Origin: an uncultured Candidatus Peribacteria bacterium | GTDB lineage: Bacteria; Patescibacteriota; Gracilibacteria; Absconditabacterales; Absconditicoccaceae | Reading direction: 5' to 3' | Length of the DNA: 47,309 bases | Assembly: GCA_964586005.1 (NCBI GenBank) | Contig: CAZPFR010000001.1 | Span: forward strand, 39,185 to 86,493 | Translations under genes and position numbers: made by a program | The notes under the pieces: model-generated | What the model was told of the DNA's origin: nothing | The model's input: the letters and a program-made list of their open reading frames with translations, nothing else | Databases searched by the model: none | In this document: positions 42,754-47,309 of the stretch, piece by piece | Numbering within the stretch: the first letter of the stretch is position 1 | Layout of the letters: each line of letters starts with the position of its first letter

Positions 42754-44058
42754 ATGATCAATATTGAATTAAGAGATATAATTAGAGACTCAATTTCTTG
42801 AAAAAAAACAGCATTTGTTCCTGGTACTTCGCCTGTTCCTGTTTCTGGTAAAGTTTTTGATGAAAAAGAATTAGAATATATGATTGAATCTGTTATGGAT
42901 TGTCATTGGACAGAAGGAAGATGGAATGAAAGATTTGAAAAATGATTGCGTGATTTTTTATGAATAAAATTTGCAATAACAACGAATTCTTGAAGTTCTG
43001 CTAATTTGCTTGCTTTAACTGCTTTGACAGCAAAGGAATTATGAGAAAGACAATTAAAACCATGAGATGAAGTTATAACAGTAGCTTCTTGATTTCCAAC
43101 TACTATAAATCCAATAATTCAAAATTGATTAGTCCCTGTTTTTGTTGATGTTGAATTGTGAACATATGAAGTAGATATAGAAGAGTTAAAAAAAACTATC
43201 TCTCCAAAAACTAAAGCTATTATGTTGGCTCATACTTTATGAAATACTTTTAATTTAGATGAAATAACGCAAATATGTAAAGAAAATAATATTCGGCTTA
43301 TAGAAGATAATTGTGATGCTTTATGAACAACATATAATGGTAAATATACCTGAACCTTTTGAGATATATGAACGTTATCTTTTTATCCAGCACATCATAT
43401 CACTATGGGAGAATGATGAGCTTTGGTAACAAATAATCCATTATTGGCAAAAATTATAAGATCGTTTAGAGATTGGTGAAGAGATTGTCGATGTAAAACA
43501 TGAACTGATAATTCATGTAGTAATAGATTTAAACGAAAATTAGGTAATTTGCCGGAATGATTTGATCATAAATATATCTATTCTAGAATTGGTTATAATC
43601 TTAAAGTAACTGATATACAGGCGGCTTTATGAGTAGCTCAGTTAGAAAAATTACCATGATTTATCCAAAAAAGAAAAGATAATTTTAATTATTTTTATTC
43701 TAAATTTATTGAAAACTGATTGGATCAATATTTTATTATGCCAAAAGTAACTTTAAAATCAGATCCAAGTCGATTTTGATTTTTACTGAGTACAAAGGAG
43801 TGATGAATTAATCGTGAAAACTTGATGCAATTTCTAAATGAAAATAAAATCTGAACTAGACTTTTATTTGCTGGTAATTATCTTAATCAACCTGCATTTA
43901 TTGATTATGTAAAAAATTATAGAATTGTTTGAGAATTAAAAAATTCAGATTATGTTATGAATCATACTTTTTGGTTGGGGGTATATCCATGATTGACACA
44001 AGAACATTTAGATTATGTTATTTTAAAAATAAAAGAATTTATTGATGAAAACAAATAA
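42754..44058 (+). CDS. rfbH: CDP-6-deoxy-L-threo-D-glycero-4-hexulose-3-dehydrase (E1; RfbH/DdhC/AscC, DegT-family PMP enzyme)
   Basis: 434 aa: ...VPVSGKVFDEKELEYMIESVMDCHWTEGRW...NSGSSANLLAL...[23 protein letters not shown] (His in place of the PLP Lys, the E1 hallmark). Cys cluster RDWGRDCRCKTGTDNSCSNRF. Confidence 0.9.
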
Positions 44059-44908
44059 GCCATTAATAAGTATATTAGTACCTACCTATAATAGATTAAA
44101 TTATCTAAAAGAGTGTTTAGATAGTATTGTTTCTCAAAAATGATTTTTGAAATCCGATTTAGAATTAATTGTTTCTGATAATTCTGATAATGATGAAACC
44201 AAAAAATTTATGAACCAATATATTAAAGAAAATAATAATTGGGGTATTTATTATAATAAAAACAATAAAAATCTATGAATGGTTTGAAATTGGAATAAAT
44301 TACTAGAATTAAAAAAATGAGAATATTTTATCTTTTTATCTGATGATGATAAATTTTATGATGAAAATAGTTTAAAAATATTATATGATAATTTGATTAA
44401 ATATAATTTGGATGTTTGTTATTGAAGGTATATGTGTATAAATGAATTATCTATATATAGTCAGTTTAAACCCCATAATAAAGTTAATAATAAGGATATT
44501 TATTATGATATTTTTCAAGAACAGATTATTTGACATACAATCTCATTTTGATGAATTTTATATAAAAGTATATGAAAAGTGTATGATGAAAATTTTTGAA
44601 ACTATGCTGATTGGGATTTTAATCTTAATTATTTATATAATTGAAAAAAAATATGATTGATTAATAAATATACTTTTTTATATAAAATTCATACCAATCA
44701 AAATATTAATTCAATTAATGTTTTTTTGGACTATAAATTGTATATATTATGAATGAAAAAATATAAATATAATAAAATAACAAAAAATATATTAATGAAA
44801 ATAATAAAAGTATATCCTATTATGATTATTTTAGATGTAATCAAAAAAATATGATTATACTCTTTTTTTAAAAAAATTGAATATAAAATATGTCAAAAAT
44901 CAGTATAA
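44045..44908 (+). CDS. family 2 glycosyltransferase
   Basis: 287 aa, all codons checked: KPLISILVPTYNRLNYLKECLDSIVSQ...ELIVSDNSDNDET...FIFLSDDDKF. The start overlaps rfbH by 14 nt. Confidence 0.85.
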
Positions 44909-45113
44909 TAACAACAACTTATAATCATAAAGATTTTATAAAAGATACAATTGAAAGTATAATAAATCAATCTTTTTCTGATCGAGAACTTTTGATTTGA
45001 GATGATTCTCCTGATAATAAGACTTGGGATATTATACAGAGTTATGTAAAAAAATATCCAAATAAAATAAAAGCGTGGCATCATCAACCAAATAAATGAA
45101 TAGTAGATAATAT
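44890..45113 (+). repeat. 224-bp segment identical to 45762-45985
   Basis: Base-for-base identity from the ATG of paralog A to the ATG-proximal 224 nt of paralog B (offset 872). The first mismatch is 45114 g vs 45986 a, after which the genes diverge strongly. Confidence 0.95.
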
Positions 45114-45750
45114 GAATTTTTTGCTATCTAAAATAAATTACGCTTCAGAATATGTTGCTTTTTTAGAATGAGATGATATGTACGCAAAAAATAATTTAGA
45201 AGAGAAAATAAAAATATTTAGAAAATATAAAGATGTTTTTTTAGTTTATAGTGATTTTTCTATTATTGATAAACAAAGAAAAACAATTAAGGAAAAATGT
45301 TATGATATTCATTTTCCAGTTCCAAACAATGTTGTTTGTGACTCTTATTTATTTGCTACTTCTCCTATAAATATATTTTCTTATACAAATTGTATGATAA
45401 GAAAGGATATTTTATCTTCTATAAAAATTAGAAATTTAACTTGAAATAAATCGTTTTCTACTTCTGATTGGGATTTTTATTTTCAAATATTAACTAAATA
45501 TAAAAATTATTATATAAATGAGCCTTTATTTTTTTATAGAATCCATTGAAATAATATAACATTAAAAAATAATAATATTTTGTTAGATCTATGGGAAATA
45601 TATTATTATTATATTTCTTTCTGAATTTTTAAAAAAAATAAAATTTTATATATTATTATTAATCCTTTTAAATCAACAATTAAACAGAAACTTAAATTAT
45701 TTGTTGCATTATTTATTCCTATTAAATATATCAAAAAACTTTTAGCCTAA
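44890..45750 (+). CDS. family 2 glycosyltransferase (paralog A)
   Basis: 286 aa, all codons checked: MSKISIITTTYNHKDFIKDTIESIINQSFSDRELLIGDDSPDN...FLEGDDMY. The start overlaps the previous gene by 19 nt. Confidence 0.85.
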
Positions 45751-45761
45751 ATCTTATTTTA

Positions 45762-45985
45762 ATGTCAAAAATCAGTATAATAACAACAACTTATAATCAT
45801 AAAGATTTTATAAAAGATACAATTGAAAGTATAATAAATCAATCTTTTTCTGATCGAGAACTTTTGATTTGAGATGATTCTCCTGATAATAAGACTTGGG
45901 ATATTATACAGAGTTATGTAAAAAAATATCCAAATAAAATAAAAGCGTGGCATCATCAACCAAATAAATGAATAGTAGATAATAT
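45762..45985 (+). repeat. 224-bp segment identical to 44890-45113
   Basis: See the partner feature. The identical antisense track ORFs 44893-45087 and 45765-45959 are a by-product of this repeat. Confidence 0.95.
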
Positions 45986-46733
45986 AAATTTTTTGTTGAA
46001 AATGGTTGATAAAAAATCTGAATATATATCATTTTTAGAATGAGATGATATGTTTGTTTCAGATAATTTGGAAAAAAAATTAAAGATATTTTATCAGTAT
46101 AAAAATATTGCATTAGTTTATAGTGATTTATCTTTTATTGATAAAAATAATCATATTATATTAAAAAGTTTTTTTGATCGAAGAAATATTCCTTTTTTCC
46201 AGAATGAAATTATTTCAATTCAAAAATTTATTTTACAACCAGCTTGACCTATAGCATCATGGAGTACCTGTATGATTAAAAAAACTGTATTGGAGAAATA
46301 TAATGTAATAAGTTTAGAACCATCTAATAAAAAATATTCAGTTTCAGATTATGATTTGTATTTTAGAGTATCTTCTGAAAATAAAGTTTTTGGTATAAAA
46401 GAATCTTTGACTTTATATAGGAGACATCAATGAAATTTGTCTTGAAGTAATTGATGAACTTCTGATGATTTAGAAAAATTAATAGATTATTATTATAAAC
46501 AAAAAATAATAAATATATCTTTATACGGTAAAAAAAAATCTTGGACCAATATAGTTTCTGTTATATTTGCTCTTGAAGCTTGAAATAAAAAATCAGCATT
46601 AAAAAAATATATAAAATCATTTAAATATTGATTTTTATCATATCCTTTGTTTAAAATAGCTATTCTTTGATTTTTTATTCTACCTACAGTAATAAATAGA
46701 AAAATTCTTAATTTTTTTATTAAGAGAGGATAA
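45762..46733 (+). CDS. family 2 glycosyltransferase (paralog B)
   Basis: 323 aa, all codons checked. The first 74 residues are identical to paralog A, then ...INFLLKMVDKKSEYISFLEGDDMFVSDN... Confidence 0.85.
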
Positions 46734-47309
46734 ATTCTATTTTCTCTAAATTATTTTTATTATATCTCTTCACCTTATATCCCTGCAAAACAAACGGAAA
46801 TCTCTCAATATTATCTATCAGATATCATATTTTTAATATATGTAAAATTGGATATATACATTTTCTCATAACTTCAAAACCTGTAGCACATACTGCATAC
46901 CATATCGGATGTAAACTAAAAATAGTTTTGAGATTTTGTCGTGAGAATGTGTACCATTTGTAACTATAATTTGTTGCTCCGCTTTTTATACGATGCATAG
47001 TCAAAGTTTCATCTATATTATATATTAGTTTTTTTCACTTGCATAAAATTTGTTTTTGAAATAACGCATCGGCCATATATATAGTGCTTGGATATCTATA
47101 TTTTTTGTCATTTCTAAATACTAATGAAGGGTGTATTGTATAGTAAGTTTTTTCTCATAAATAATATTCAAATCATTTTTGATCTCATTCGTATCGCATA
47201 AAGGTTTTTGTACCACATCAGATGTATTTTGGATTTTTTTTCAAAAAATTAATTTGTTTTTCTAATTTTTCTGGATGTCGTAAATCATCATGATCTTGAA
47301 TTGCTATAT
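46720..47309 (-). CDS. family 2 glycosyltransferase, C-terminal part (5' end beyond the window)
   Basis: Open from the window edge to TAA 46720-46722, all triplets checked: ...IAIQDHDDLRHPEKLEKQINFLKKNPKYIG(TGA)CGTK... Its 3' end overlaps the convergent paralog B by 14 nt. Confidence 0.7.

Noticed and set aside
44893-45959. Two identical 64-aa minus-strand ORFs (44893-45087 and 45765-45959) that could suggest a duplicated small gene or IS end
   Set aside because: Both are antisense to the identical 5' segments of the tandem GT2 paralogs, so the identity simply reflects the 224-bp repeat. There are no terminal inverted repeats and no transposase.
1-47309. Reading the fragmentation in the ORF track as massive pseudogenisation, or as TGA=Trp (code 4, Mollicutes-like)
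   Set aside because: The fragments of each conserved gene are always in one phase and joined by TGA only. TGA aligns with invariant glycines (GxGxxG, GNHD-type loops, prepilin G-1), not tryptophans. TGG is used where Trp is expected.
1-47309. Mobile elements, prophage, integrase, toxin-antitoxin or restriction-modification genes
   Set aside because: None of the re-translated products shows transposase (DDE), integrase (R..H..R..Y), phage structural or restriction endonuclease motifs that I could recognise. The only repeats are the coding tandem arrays, the GT2 duplication and the short intergenic motif.

Overview
AT-rich, gene-dense window (by eye about 25-30% GC) that only makes sense if TGA is read as glycine. 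This is genetic code 25, used by Absconditabacteria/SR1 and Gracilibacteria of the Candidate Phyla Radiation. The supplied standard-code ORF track is therefore fragmented. Re-translating by hand with TGA=Gly gives about 50 uninterrupted genes, all ending in TAA or TAG. For the long orphan genes I checked every in-phase triplet. Content from left to right: (1) A minus-strand cell-surface cluster at 1-8.8 kb. It holds a small secreted WxL-like protein, a 2277-aa multidomain giant (11 heptad repeats, three LamG-type domains, PG-binding, DNRLRE-like, Ig-like and FN3 domains) ending in the same WxL-like domain, and a secreted protein with a C-terminal TM anchor. (2) rpmE, ndk, an ECF-type sigma factor with a membrane partner, and two membrane or hypothetical genes. 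(3) A metallophosphoesterase, a Cys-rich lipoprotein, an apparently catalytically intact form II/III-type RuBisCO, and an M29 aminopeptidase. (4) A truncated PriA-like ORF lacking the helicase motifs. (5) A type IV pilus module: pilN-like, pilO-like, pilC and four prepilin-like genes. (6) tRNA-Arg(CCU), rpsO, rpsA, dus and a SpoU methyltransferase. (7) A minus-strand operon with a 738-aa orphan membrane protein, a DnaQ-like exonuclease, a CYTH-methyltransferase fusion and a lipoprotein. (8) A tandem-repeat lipoprotein, an rsuA-like gene, a SplB-like radical SAM gene and rsmG. (9) A surface-glycan locus of about 10.5 kb: wzx, uxs, CDP-3,6-dideoxyhexose genes rfbF/rfbG/rfbH plus an SDR and a cupin epimerase, then four GT2 glycosyltransferases, two of which share a 224-bp identical 5' segment. 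I saw no transposase, integrase, CRISPR array or rRNA. All coordinates and translations are hand-derived and no database search was run.
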